Shown here piece by piece: positions 1 to 8,399 of a stretch of 64,000 nucleotides of DNA. A program made the position numbers and the translations under genes. Position 1 is the first letter of the stretch. The number at the start of each line of letters is the position of its first letter. This DNA comes from Myxococcota bacterium. GTDB lineage: Bacteria > Myxococcota_A > UBA796 > UBA2385. The DNA lies in contig JBIJDH010000001.1 of NCBI GenBank assembly GCA_044344255.1, positions 1 to 64,000 on the forward strand, in the 5' to 3' direction. Under the pieces are notes generated by a model. That model was not told the DNA's origin. It did no database searches and saw only the letters and a list, made by a program, of their open reading frames with translations.

Positions 1-2
1 TC

Positions 3-173
3 TCCCGGGCAACCGTCGCCGGCTGGGTCGCCAACGGAGGGCTCGTCCCCACAGAGGGTGGAGGCAAGGGGATTACCCGGTGGTTCGACGACGAGGCCAT
101 CGCACGGATGGAGGCGCTCAGTGGCGATCTCGCCAATCCCGTCGTCATCAACCCATCACCGCAGAGGGGGTAG
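3..173 (+). CDS. 3' end of an ORF entering from the left; HTH-like (MerR/excisionase-type) C-terminus, possibly of a recombinase
   Basis: Open frame 3-173 reads SRATVAGWVANGGLVPTEGGGKGITRWFDDEAIARMEAL...RG*; the S-R-x-T-V-x-x-W-x-x-x-G-x-L pattern resembles HTH_17/MerR; the start lies outside the window. Confidence 0.35.
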   Translation, partial: SRATVAGWVANGGLVPTEGGGKGITRWFDDEAIARMEALSGDLANPVVINPSPQRG

Positions 174-182
174 TATGAAGCC

Positions 183-410
183 AAGCCTTCCGCGTCGTGA
201 TGCCACAGGTGCATACGCGGGCTGTTCAGCACGTACCGCCACCACCCATGCCCCCAGTCGAGGTTGGCGTGGTTCAGGTGGCCCACAGTAGAGCGCGTCG
301 CTCCACAGCCCCTTGCGGAGCACGAGCTGCGTCCGACGGGCGGGCATGAGCCGTTCGAGCACCGCGACGGCCGCGGAGGCCACAGCGAGCGCGACCGGGT
401 AGCTCCACAT
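183..410 (-). pseudogene. Sterol desaturase/fatty acid hydroxylase family remnant with internal deletion
   Basis: ATG at 410 overlaps the porin stop; N-terminus MWSYPVALAVASAAVAVLERLMPARRTQ...WSDALY, then near 287 it jumps to another frame with the late His boxes GHLNHANLDWG...VLNSPRMHLWHHD; the middle and C-terminus are missing. Confidence 0.75.
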
Positions 411-1624
411 CAGAACACCACCCCGGCCTGGAGCGAGACGCGGTCGCCCATGGACGCCGCGATGGCCTGGGCGTCCGCGGATCCCTCGGGAGCGAGGAGC
501 CAGCGCAGCTCGTAGTCGAGCATGATCCGGGCGCGGGGCGTGATCTCGACTTGGATGTCGGCGGTGGCCGTGCGGAACACGCGGAGGTCGGCCGGGGAGT
601 CGTACTGCCGCCAGAGCTCGTCGTACCGCAGGCCCCCGCCAAGGAGGCCCCGCTCGTAGTGGACGTAGGCGTAGCCGCCGAGCGCCTCGCCCTGCGCTAC
701 GACCACGACTGGCTGCCCCGGGAAGGGCGGATTCGTGCCCGCCTCGATGGCCCCCGAGCCCTGGATCGCCTCGATCCGGGCGTGCCAGCCGGCCTTCTCC
801 ACCTGAACCCCTCCGCCGCGACGGATTCGGGCGACATCCTCTTCCTCGATGGTCCGCGCCCCCTGCTGCCTGTAGCCGTAGATCCCAATCTCCTCGCGGT
901 GAGGCGCCTCGGCGCTCCCCCACACCATCGGCGCCCAGGACGCCCGCGCAGTGACGTCCTTCGCGTTGTCGATGTCAAGCGCGCCCATGCGTCCGTTGGA
1001 GAGCATCAACGCGTAGGAGAGCGCGCCGTGCCCTACCGCGAAGCTGTCGAACACCTGCACGCCTACGTCGCGGAAGCCGCTCGCGCCCGCGGTGTAGGCC
1101 CCCGACGAGCTGGGATTTTCCAGCAGGAGCTGGCTGGTCGCCGCCGAGAAGTTCACGAACTCGGCCGCGAGCGGGTTCATCTCCAGGGCCTCCTCGCCGA
1201 GCGGGAGCTTGAATTGCCCGATCCGGACGCGGGCACCGGGGATGTACGAGAAGGTCATGGAGGCGTCGGTGAGCACGACGGGGTCGAGCCGCGTGAGTTG
1301 GTTGTCACCGAACTCGGCCGCCATCAGCCAGGCGACACGGCCCTGGGTCGTCGGGATTGCGCCTCGTAGCCCCGCGCGGGCCCGGCGGATCGAGAGCCCC
1401 CACGTGGCGTCCGCCGGCCCGACGTGGTTGAAGCTGGCGAGCTCGCCGTTGAACGGTGCGAGCGTCTCCGACGTCAGCCCTTCCAACGGCGCCCCGAAGG
1501 GAATCCCCTCGCCGACCGCCTGCACGAACCCCCAGGGCCGTACCGCTGTGGGTTCGGGCCCAGATTCGGTGCCCTGGAGGAGAAGCCAGTCTGCGGCTGC
1601 GGCGGTCGCAATGAGAAAAATCAT
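410..1624 (-). CDS. Outer-membrane porin (OprO/OprP-like family)
   Basis: Motifs RRARAGLRG, RVRIGQFKLPLGEE, FRDVGVQ; alternating beta-strand pattern; C-terminal Phe. Confidence 0.75.
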   Translation of the reverse strand: MIFLIATAAAADWLLLQGTESGPEPTAVRPWGFVQAVGEGIPFGAPLEGLTSETLAPFNGELASFNHVGPADATWGLSIRRARAGLRGAIPTTQGRVAWLMAAEFGDNQLTRLDPVVLTDASMTFSYIPGARVRIGQFKLPLGEEALEMNPLAAEFVNFSAATSQLLLENPSSSGAYTAGASGFRDVGVQVFDSFAVGHGALSYALMLSNGRMGALDIDNAKDVTARASWAPMVWGSAEAPHREEIGIYGYRQQGARTIEEEDVARIRRGGGVQVEKAGWHARIEAIQGSGAIEAGTNPPFPGQPVVVVAQGEALGGYAYVHYERGLLGGGLRYDELWRQYDSPADLRVFRTATADIQVEITPRARIMLDYELRWLLAPEGSADAQAIAASMGDRVSLQAGVVF

Positions 1625-1634
1625 GGACTATCCT

Positions 1635-2546
1635 TTAGTACCGCGCGTCGCGGGGCTTTCCGCCCTTGGGCCAATCCTCGCCCTTGCGGGCGAAGTCGGG
1701 GCGGGGCTGTGTGGTGAAGTAGGCAGCGAGGTCGTAGGATTCCTGGTCAGTCAGCGTGCCACCCTGACCGAGCGGCATGTTCCAGCGCACGAACGCCGCC
1801 GCGGTGTCGAGCCGCGCCATGCCCGCGCCGATGTTGAACGAACGGTCGCCCCAGAGTGCGGGGTAGACATAGGCGCCGTCTTTCCCGCTGAGGCCCTGGC
1901 CCTCTACGCCGTGGCACGAGCTGCACTTCTGGGCGTAGAGGGACTTCCCGTTGTCGGCGTTGGGAGCAGGGGGATCCTTGATCCGCGCGAAGCCCCGGCC
2001 CTCGATGGGGACTCCAACCGGCACCCCGTCGGAGAGCCAGGTCATGTACGCGATGATGGCGGTCATGTCCTCGCCCTCCGCGGGCAACGGCTTGCCGTTC
2101 AAGCTGCGCTCGAAGCAGTCGTTCACACGATCCTGCAGCACGTTCACCTTGGCGTTTCGGGGGCGGAACTCCGGGAACACCCCCGTGATGCCCACCCACG
2201 GTCCCGCGTTGGCAACCGTACCGCCCTGCATGTGGCAGCTCGTGCAGTGCAGGCCGTTGCCTACGTGGTCGGGCAGCTCCTCGCGGGTGCGGGTGAGCAC
2301 GGTCTGCCCTCGCCGGATGGCGTCGCCGACCGGCCCTTCGGGGATCTTGGCGGGGTCCGGGGCCGTGAGCGGCCACGACTCCGGCCTGGCCCCGGCGAGC
2401 GCCGCGGTCGCTTCCGCGGCGGGCGCGACCGTGACCTCTGCGGCGGGCGCGGCCGACTCGGCTTCGTTCCGACAACCGGCCAGGGGCCAGGTGCTGAATG
2501 CTACCGTCAGGATGGTCAGCGGCCAAACGAGTGCGCGGCTGGACAT
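1635..2546 (-). CDS. tsdA: Diheme cytochrome c, thiosulfate dehydrogenase TsdA family; probable lipoprotein
   Basis: Two heme motifs CTSCH and CSSCH; RVNDCFERSLNG (catalytic Cys region), PALWG.SFNIGAGM, NMPLG; lipobox LAGC. Confidence 0.85.
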   Translation of the reverse strand: MSSRALVWPLTILTVAFSTWPLAGCRNEAESAAPAAEVTVAPAAEATAALAGARPESWPLTAPDPAKIPEGPVGDAIRRGQTVLTRTREELPDHVGNGLHCTSCHMQGGTVANAGPWVGITGVFPEFRPRNAKVNVLQDRVNDCFERSLNGKPLPAEGEDMTAIIAYMTWLSDGVPVGVPIEGRGFARIKDPPAPNADNGKSLYAQKCSSCHGVEGQGLSGKDGAYVYPALWGDRSFNIGAGMARLDTAAAFVRWNMPLGQGGTLTDQESYDLAAYFTTQPRPDFARKGEDWPKGGKPRDARY

Positions 2547-2569
2547 GTTGCCTCCGAAGCGGGTTGGGA

Positions 2570-3271
2570 TCAGCCTTGCTGCACGGCTTCACGGCCGCAA
2601 TGCAGGTTTGCGGGAACGGCGCGGTCGATCTGTTTTGGGTACGCAAGCTTCAGATTTGCCATGATCTCGATGAACTCGCCACGCGACTTCCCGCCGCCAA
2701 GGCGCGCATTCATCGCAGTCTCTTCCTTGACGGTCGAGACGGTCCGCCCCTTGTAGTCATGCGCCGGGTACACCAGGGTGTCGGCCGGCAGGCTGAGGAG
2801 CTGCTGGTGGACGCTGTCGTAGAGCCGGCCGGCGTCGCCCTGCTGGAAGTCCGTGCGGCCGCAGCCTCCGATGAGCAGTGTGTCACCCGTGAACACCCGA
2901 TCGGCGCCGACGTAGGCTACGCACCCGCTCGTGTGTCCGGGCGTCTCGCGAACCTCAAGGTCGATCGAGCCTACATGGATGTGGTCGCCGTGCTTGACGG
3001 GCATGTCCGCACACGCGGCGCCGCCATCCTGGTGGACGACGGTGCGGCTCCCGAAGCGATCGCGAAGTGCTGCGCCCGCCGTGACGTGGTCGGCGTGTAC
3101 GTGAGTCTCCAGTGTGTACTCGAGCGTGAGGTCGAGCTGGGCGAGGAGCTTCGCATACGTCTCGACGTCCTCCACGACGGGGTCGATGAGGAGCGCGCGG
3201 CGCGTGACGGCGTCCGCGAGCAGGTAGGTGTAGGTCGAAGAGACGGGCTCGAAGAGCTGACGGAAGATCAT
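2570..3271 (-). CDS. Persulfide dioxygenase (ETHE1/PDO, MBL fold)
   Basis: MIFRQLFE..SSTYTYLL start, THVHADH, TPGHT, FTGDTLLIGGCGRTDFQ, YPAHDYKG; AGGAG RBS upstream of ATG 3271. Confidence 0.9.
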   Translation of the reverse strand: MIFRQLFEPVSSTYTYLLADAVTRRALLIDPVVEDVETYAKLLAQLDLTLEYTLETHVHADHVTAGAALRDRFGSRTVVHQDGGAACADMPVKHGDHIHVGSIDLEVRETPGHTSGCVAYVGADRVFTGDTLLIGGCGRTDFQQGDAGRLYDSVHQQLLSLPADTLVYPAHDYKGRTVSTVKEETAMNARLGGGKSRGEFIEIMANLKLAYPKQIDRAVPANLHCGREAVQQG

Positions 3272-3298
3272 GGGAGACTCCTGGTTGGTGAAGGCAGA

Positions 3299-3314
3299 AG
3301 CAAAATACGTGCCA
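3299..3314 (-). promoter_or_regulatory. Sigma54 (-24/-12) promoter of the pdo-tsdA-porin operon
   Basis: Minus strand reads TGGCAC-GTATT-TTGCT, an exact TGGCAC-N5-TTGCW match about 28 nt upstream of the pdo ATG, in an AT-rich spacer. Confidence 0.8.
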
Positions 3315-3376
3315 TATCTACGAATCAGGTATAAAGCGCTATTTTCACGACAATGTTTCAAGCGTACCTGCGTGTT

Positions 3377-3404
3377 CCGTTTCGTGGCTGCCATTCTGAA
3401 ACGG
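3377..3404. promoter_or_regulatory. Inverted repeat, candidate enhancer-binding-protein site
   Basis: CCGTTTC-N14-GAAACGG about 60-90 nt upstream of the sigma54 element. Confidence 0.4.
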
Positions 3405-3498
3405 GGGCATCGCGGTCCAAGCTCGTCCCCAGCGCAGGTAGCGCCGCGCGACGATCACGAAGCGGCGACGGGTCCATCGCTCCGGGTCGCGAGCTCGT

Positions 3499-4038
3499 TC
3501 ATCCCTGTGATTCGCCCGCGATCTTCTCCTCGGCGGCGCTCCCGCCCTCGTGCGGGCACCACTCGCAGCTCTCCCGGGCGCACTCCGGGCGCGACTCTCG
3601 CTGCACGAGCATCACCGGCACATGCGCCCTTTGGGCGACGCCCTCGGCTACGCTGCCGAGGACCATGCGGGCGATGTCCGTGCGCCCGTGGGTGCCGATG
3701 ATGATCAGGTCGGACTGGGTCTCATCGGCCGCGCGGAGGATCGTGGGCACCACGTGGCCGAACTTCACGTCGAGCTCCGCCGCAGCTCCGAGCTCCCGCG
3801 CGGCCTCGGCAAATGGAGCGAGCCGCTCTGGCGCGTCCGCGACGAGGTAGTCGGACGCTGTCCTGTCCACGCCTTCGGGCCGAACGCGCGTTTCGGGGGA
3901 CACTCCAGCGGGAAGGTCGCTGACATGGAGCACCACGAGGCGCGCCCCGAGGCGCGCCGCGAGCCCAGCAGCCTGGCGGGTGACGAGCATGGAGCACACA
4001 GAGAAGTCGACCGGGACGAGGATTGTGCGGATGTTCGT
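3499..4038 (-). CDS. Universal stress protein; start codon reads ACG (probably a mutated ATG)
   Basis: IRTILVPVDFS...DLIIIGTHGRT..LGSVAE.V...A.VPV; GGAGA RBS precedes ACG at 4038-4036; Cys-rich tail ECARESCEWC. Confidence 0.8.
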   Translation of the reverse strand, partial: TNIRTILVPVDFSVCSMLVTRQAAGLAARLGARLVVLHVSDLPAGVSPETRVRPEGVDRTASDYLVADAPERLAPFAEAARELGAAAELDVKFGHVVPTILRAADETQSDLIIIGTHGRTDIARMVLGSVAEGVAQRAHVPVMLVQRESRPECARESCEWCPHEGGSAAEEKIAGESQG

Positions 4039-4262
4039 GGGGTCTCCAGAGAGTTTTTGCGGGACGCTTCCCACAGTGTGTGGCCCCACATTCCCGTGAG
4101 CATCGCGCCCGTGAAGATCAGGGTGGACGAGGCACCGGCGACGGCGGAGGTGAGCGCGCGTCCCGGGCAAAAGCCGCCGAGTCCCCAGCCGGCCCCGAAG
4201 AGCGCTGCCCCGACGAGCAGGCGCATGTTGATGTCGCGGCGTGTCGGGACGCCCCACCTCAC
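4035..4262 (-). pseudogene. YeeE/YedE (sulfur transport) family C-terminal remnant
   Basis: PTRRDINMRLLVGAALFGAGWGLGGFCPG.AL is the typical C-terminal YeeE/YedE segment; the N-terminal half is absent and the native stop is lost. Confidence 0.7.
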
Positions 4263-4298
4263 GCCCCAGAGTGGCTTCGGCAGGCGCGGGACGAGGCG

Positions 4299-4613
4299 TT
4301 AGGCCAAGACCCGTGCCTCCATGAGCACCGGCTGAAGCTCGCGGAGCAGCGCCGGATCGAGCACCCGCAGGCCGCGGGGCCGCCCGGGCCCCGCACCCGC
4401 GTCGGGGCGGAGGAGGGCCTGCCGCAGCGCCGCTCCGCACGTCTCATTCGCCCGGACCGGGAAGGTCAGGCGCATTCGCTTCGTGGCGACCTCGGCCACC
4501 AGCAGCGTCGCGCGGAGCTTCGGGTCGCCCGGGTCAGGGCGGGGAGGAAAGAGGCAGAGCTCCCAGACATCGGGGAGGAGGGGGAGCTCATGGAGGGGGA
4601 GGCTCGAGGCCAC
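4299..4613 (-). CDS. Hypothetical protein, possibly 3'-truncated
   Basis: 104-aa ORF with host-like GC3 codon usage, ending immediately before the YeeE remnant. Confidence 0.4.
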   Translation of the reverse strand: MASSLPLHELPLLPDVWELCLFPPRPDPGDPKLRATLLVAEVATKRMRLTFPVRANETCGAALRQALLRPDAGAGPGRPRGLRVLDPALLRELQPVLMEARVLA

Positions 4614-4729
4614 GGGTCTCCACGCTGCCCCGCTTCGGCTACGGGGTCACCCCGGGGTAAGGAGCAGGGTCCTTGCGAGCAACCGGCCGGTCCTCCCGAT
4701 CGGCCGGCCGGGCCTCGGTGCTGTGTACG

Positions 4730-4758
4730 TTGACCACCGATGTGGAGGCAAGTATACC
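4730..4758 (+). promoter_or_regulatory. Candidate sigma70-type promoter
   Basis: TTGACC-N17-TATACC about 70 nt upstream of the GGAGG/GTG start at 4830. Confidence 0.4.
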
Positions 4759-4829
4759 GCTCGCACCCTCGCACCGGGCGTGTGTCTCTCGGCGGGCGTC
4801 CTTCACGCCACCACCGGCGGAGGTCGGAT

Positions 4830-6083
4830 GTGACCTCGATACCCGTCGCCCAGAGCCTCCCCGCCTGGCGGGCCCGCGCTCGGGGAGAGACACAGTCCCT
4901 GCGCTGGAGCGGAGGCGGATGCGCCCTCCCCGCGGAGGACGCGCTGCTGGACGCCCTCCTCGTCAACCTCGTCACGGCCTCGGGCTCGGACTGGGCCCTC
5001 GAGGTGGCGCCGGCCGCCCGCGCGCGGGTCGGGGCGCGGCTCCAGGCCCTCGAGGCCGGGCCGGTGGGCCTGCTCCGGCGCCGGCTGCACCCGGGCACCT
5101 CGCCAAGCCTCGACGGGCCCCTCCGGCAGAGCCTCAACCGGCCCCCAGCGCCCGTGCGGCCCGCGGGGCGCCGCCCCCTGAGGTCGATCGGCGTCGATCT
5201 CGGCGGCAGCGACATGAAGGTGGTGGTGATGGAGGGCGACGCCCCGCGGCTGGAGGTGGCCCACCCCTGGGTCATCGCCCCCTGGGCCTCACCCGACCCC
5301 GCCGCCTGGGCCCCGCAGATCGACGCCATCCTGGCGGACCTCCTCGACGGCGTCGAGGCCCCGGCCCTCGGCCTCAGCCTGCCCGACGTCGTCTGGGGCG
5401 GCGTCGTGCGGGGCGGCCTCACCGGGAAGGTCGCCCCCGTGCGCCAGGCCTACGGCGGGGCCACCCCGGCCTGCCTCGCCGCCATCGACGAGGGTTGGCG
5501 CCAGCTCGCCCGGGCCCTCCAGCGCCGCGCGGGCGCCTCCGCCCTGACCCTCCTCTCCGACGGGCAGGCCGCCGCCCTCGCCGCCGCCCACGACCGCGGC
5601 GGGGACGTGCTCGGGGTCGCGCTCGGCACCAGCGTGGCCGCCGGGCGGGCGGTCGGGGCCGAAGCCTCCGAGCTCCCGCCCTACGCCTCAGGCGTGATCG
5701 TCTGGCCCGGGGAGGGCCACCCCCACGACGTCCTCGGCCTCCGCGGCAGCGCACAGCAGGGGCCCACCCAGAAGGGGCTCTGCGGCGCCGGGACGCACGC
5801 CCGCTCCCTCCGCGCCCGCCTCGAGGAGATGGGCGCGGCCGAGCTCCACGGCCTCGGGGTGCAGGTGGGCGAGCTCGTGGCCGAGCTCGTCCTGGGCTGC
5901 GGCGGGGAGCGGGTCCTGCTCATGGGCCGGGTGGTCGATGGGCCCTGGGCGGGGGCCGTGCTCACCGCGGCCCGCGGGGCCTTGGAGGCCCTCGACCTCC
6001 GCTTGCCCCTCGACGTCGGCGAGCAGGCCGCCTTCAGCCAGGCCCGGGCCGCCGCCCTCGCCGCGGCCGCGGGGGCCGGATGA
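4830..6083 (+). CDS. ROK-family-like sugar kinase/regulator (divergent)
   Basis: IGVDLGGSDMK phosphate-1 motif, LLSDGQAAALA, GVALGTSVAAG; GGAGG RBS before GTG 4830. Confidence 0.65.
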   Translation: MTSIPVAQSLPAWRARARGETQSLRWSGGGCALPAEDALLDALLVNLVTASGSDWALEVAPAARARVGARLQALEAGPVGLLRRRLHPGTSPSLDGPLRQSLNRPPAPVRPAGRRPLRSIGVDLGGSDMKVVVMEGDAPRLEVAHPWVIAPWASPDPAAWAPQIDAILADLLDGVEAPALGLSLPDVVWGGVVRGGLTGKVAPVRQAYGGATPACLAAIDEGWRQLARALQRRAGASALTLLSDGQAAALAAAHDRGGDVLGVALGTSVAAGRAVGAEASELPPYASGVIVWPGEGHPHDVLGLRGSAQQGPTQKGLCGAGTHARSLRARLEEMGAAELHGLGVQVGELVAELVLGCGGERVLLMGRVVDGPWAGAVLTAARGALEALDLRLPLDVGEQAAFSQARAAALAAAAGAG

Positions 6084-8395
6084 CGCCGCGCGGAGAGCGC
6101 CCCTGGCTCGACGCCATCGCCCACATCGAGGCGGGGGGAGAGGGCTACGACGTCGTGCTGATGGTGGTCCCGCCCGGGCTCCAGGACAGCGTGCAGGTCG
6201 AGCTCTCCGCCCTCCTCCGCCCCTCGGGGGCGCTCTGCCTCACCCTCGGCGATGACGGCCGCGGCGCCTACGGCAACCTCGGCGGCACCCTGCTCGCCTG
6301 GCGGCAGGCGCAGGCGGCGCTCGGCGACACCGGGGACCTGCGGGTGCTCCTCGTCCACGACGCCGGCGCGGCGCGGCGCACCGGCCTCCTCTCGGTCGCG
6401 CTGCCGAGCCGCGGGAGCCTCCCCCTGCCCGGCGGGCGCAGCCTCCGGACGCAGGTGCTGCGGGCGGGCCTGCCGCTCAGCGCCTCCTGCCGGCCGGGCC
6501 AGGTCGATGTGCTCTGGGGCGGCCAGATCGTGCTCCCCACCTGCGATCCGCTGTCCATCGGCGTCCCCGCGGCCGAGCTCGTGAAGCTGAGCCGCGCGCC
6601 CGAGGCGCCCCCGGGCCAGGACGAGCTCCGAGACCTGGGCTGGATCCGCGGCGAGGGCGGCCGCATCGAGGCCTTCGCGCGGCAAGGGACCTTCCCCGAC
6701 GCCGAGGCCTGGTCGGCCTGGTCCGGCGGCGCGGCGGTGGCGGACCTCGGCTCCTTCCGAGTGCGGGCGGCCGTGCTCGACGCCTGGGCCGCGGCCTGGA
6801 CGGGCGAGAAGATCGACCTCGACCCCGATCTCCTCGGTCCCCTGGTCGCCGGGGCCGCGGGTGGGGCGGGCGCCGCCCTCCTCGCCGCACGTCGGCCCAC
6901 GGTCGGCGTCTCCGCGCTCGGCGCCGCGGTCCGCTGGTGGCGCTTTCGGCGGCCGACCGAGGTGCACACGAGCCTCTGCGAGATGCTCGACGACGCACAC
7001 GGGCGCGCCCTCCTCGGCCTCTCGGCGCGCCCCGGCGGAGACGACCCCGCCCAGGGCTTCTCCCTCGGCCCCGACATCACGCTCAACCCCGATCGGCTGC
7101 GGGTCCGGAGCCCCGGCGGCGCCTGGCTCGAGGCCCCGCTGGCCGAGGCTGGCGAGCGCTGGACAGGCGGCGCCGCCCTCGCCGAGGCGCAGGTGGCTCA
7201 CGGAGAGGGGCCCGATGCTACACCACCGCTCGCCGACCCGGTCGCCGAGGTCACCGCCGCCGGGCCCCCGGGCTCGGCCTGGAGCGGGCTCGCCGGCCTC
7301 GTGGCGCTCGGGCTCCAGCCCGTCGCCGGGCTGCCCGGCACCACCACCCTCGGCCCCGTCCCCTTCACCCACCCGCCGCGCGACGACGCCCGCGCCCAAC
7401 CTCGGATCGCGGCCCGCGGCGGCGCCACCAGCGGGCGCGCGCTCCTCGACGATCTGCGCGGGCTGCTCCAACCCGGCGCCGCGCCCATCGCCGGCCCCCA
7501 CCCCTGGCGCCCCCTCCTCGGGCCGATCGACCCGGCGCGCCTCGTGTGGAGGGACCCGCGCACCGATCTCGACGCCAGCGCCCTCGCCCGCGGCCTCGCC
7601 GCCCTGCCCCTCCGCCCCCCGGGAGACGCCGTCGGCCTCCTCGCCTGGGCCCGCGCCCGCCTGATCCTCGACGGCTGGGACCAGCCCGCCCTCTCCCGCC
7701 GCCTCCACCGCGCGGACATCGCCCCCGCCGCCCTCGCCCAAGGCTTCGTCCACCTCGGCGAACAGGGGTGGTTCCCCGATCCCGGCCCCTGGCCCGGCGA
7801 GCCCGGCCGCCGTGACCCGCTGGGCCCCGTGGCCACCACCCTCGCCGAGCTCACGGGCTCCCTCGGCTCCCTCGGCTCCCTCGGTGACGCAGCCGTCATC
7901 GGCCTCGTCGGGCCCGCCGGGGCCGGAAAGACCACCACCTCCCGCCTCCTCGCGGCCGCGTTCGCCCGCCAGGGCCCCGTCCGCCGAATCGACGGCGACC
8001 CCCTCACCCGCCCCGGCCCCGGCCTCCGCTTCGTGGTCCGCGCGGGGCGCCGCCAGAGCTTCCTCCGCGGCCCCGCCATCTACGACGAGCCGGCGCTGCG
8101 CGACTCCATTCGGGAGGCCCGCGCCGAGGGGCCGGGGATCGTGCTCCTCGACCACGTCTTCCTCGGCCTCGACCCCGAGACCCGCGCCCTGCTCGACCGC
8201 CTCATCTTGGTCGACCCCGGCGACACCGCCCTCCGCATCCGGCGCAAGCTCGCCCGCGACCGGGCCGATCCCCGTCGGGAGGACGACCTCGCCACCGACC
8301 TCTGTCTCAAGGCCTATGAAGAGGTCGCCGAGACCTGGCCGTGGTTGGCGCCCGATGTCGTCTGGCGGGCCGGGCCGGCCGAGGAGGCGCCCTGA
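6080..8395 (+). CDS. Multidomain protein: N-terminal nucleotidyltransferase-like (fucokinase/Fkp N-terminus-like) region plus C-terminal P-loop kinase (uridine kinase-like)
   Basis: ATGA overlap with the upstream gene; GNLGGTL, VLLVHDAGAARR, VLWGGQ; C-terminal VIGLVGPAGAGKTT Walker A, VLLD, and R..RKLARD lid. Confidence 0.55.
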   Translation: MTPRGERPWLDAIAHIEAGGEGYDVVLMVVPPGLQDSVQVELSALLRPSGALCLTLGDDGRGAYGNLGGTLLAWRQAQAALGDTGDLRVLLVHDAGAARRTGLLSVALPSRGSLPLPGGRSLRTQVLRAGLPLSASCRPGQVDVLWGGQIVLPTCDPLSIGVPAAELVKLSRAPEAPPGQDELRDLGWIRGEGGRIEAFARQGTFPDAEAWSAWSGGAAVADLGSFRVRAAVLDAWAAAWTGEKIDLDPDLLGPLVAGAAGGAGAALLAARRPTVGVSALGAAVRWWRFRRPTEVHTSLCEMLDDAHGRALLGLSARPGGDDPAQGFSLGPDITLNPDRLRVRSPGGAWLEAPLAEAGERWTGGAALAEAQVAHGEGPDATPPLADPVAEVTAAGPPGSAWSGLAGLVALGLQPVAGLPGTTTLGPVPFTHPPRDDARAQPRIAARGGATSGRALLDDLRGLLQPGAAPIAGPHPWRPLLGPIDPARLVWRDPRTDLDASALARGLAALPLRPPGDAVGLLAWARARLILDGWDQPALSRRLHRADIAPAALAQGFVHLGEQGWFPDPGPWPGEPGRRDPLGPVATTLAELTGSLGSLGSLGDAAVIGLVGPAGAGKTTTSRLLAAAFARQGPVRRIDGDPLTRPGPGLRFVVRAGRRQSFLRGPAIYDEPALRDSIREARAEGPGIVLLDHVFLGLDPETRALLDRLILVDPGDTALRIRRKLARDRADPRREDDLATDLCLKAYEEVAETWPWLAPDVVWRAGPAEEAP

Positions 8396-8399
8396 GCGA

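Noticed and set aside
4673..6079. N-terminal 469 aa of the 1240-aa ORF
   Set aside because: Arg/Pro/Gly-rich off-frame reading of the ROK-like gene; the real start is ATG 6080 at an ATGA overlap
7855..7885. (ggctccctc)x3 repeat
   Set aside because: Short in-frame GSL repeat in a linker; no sign of function
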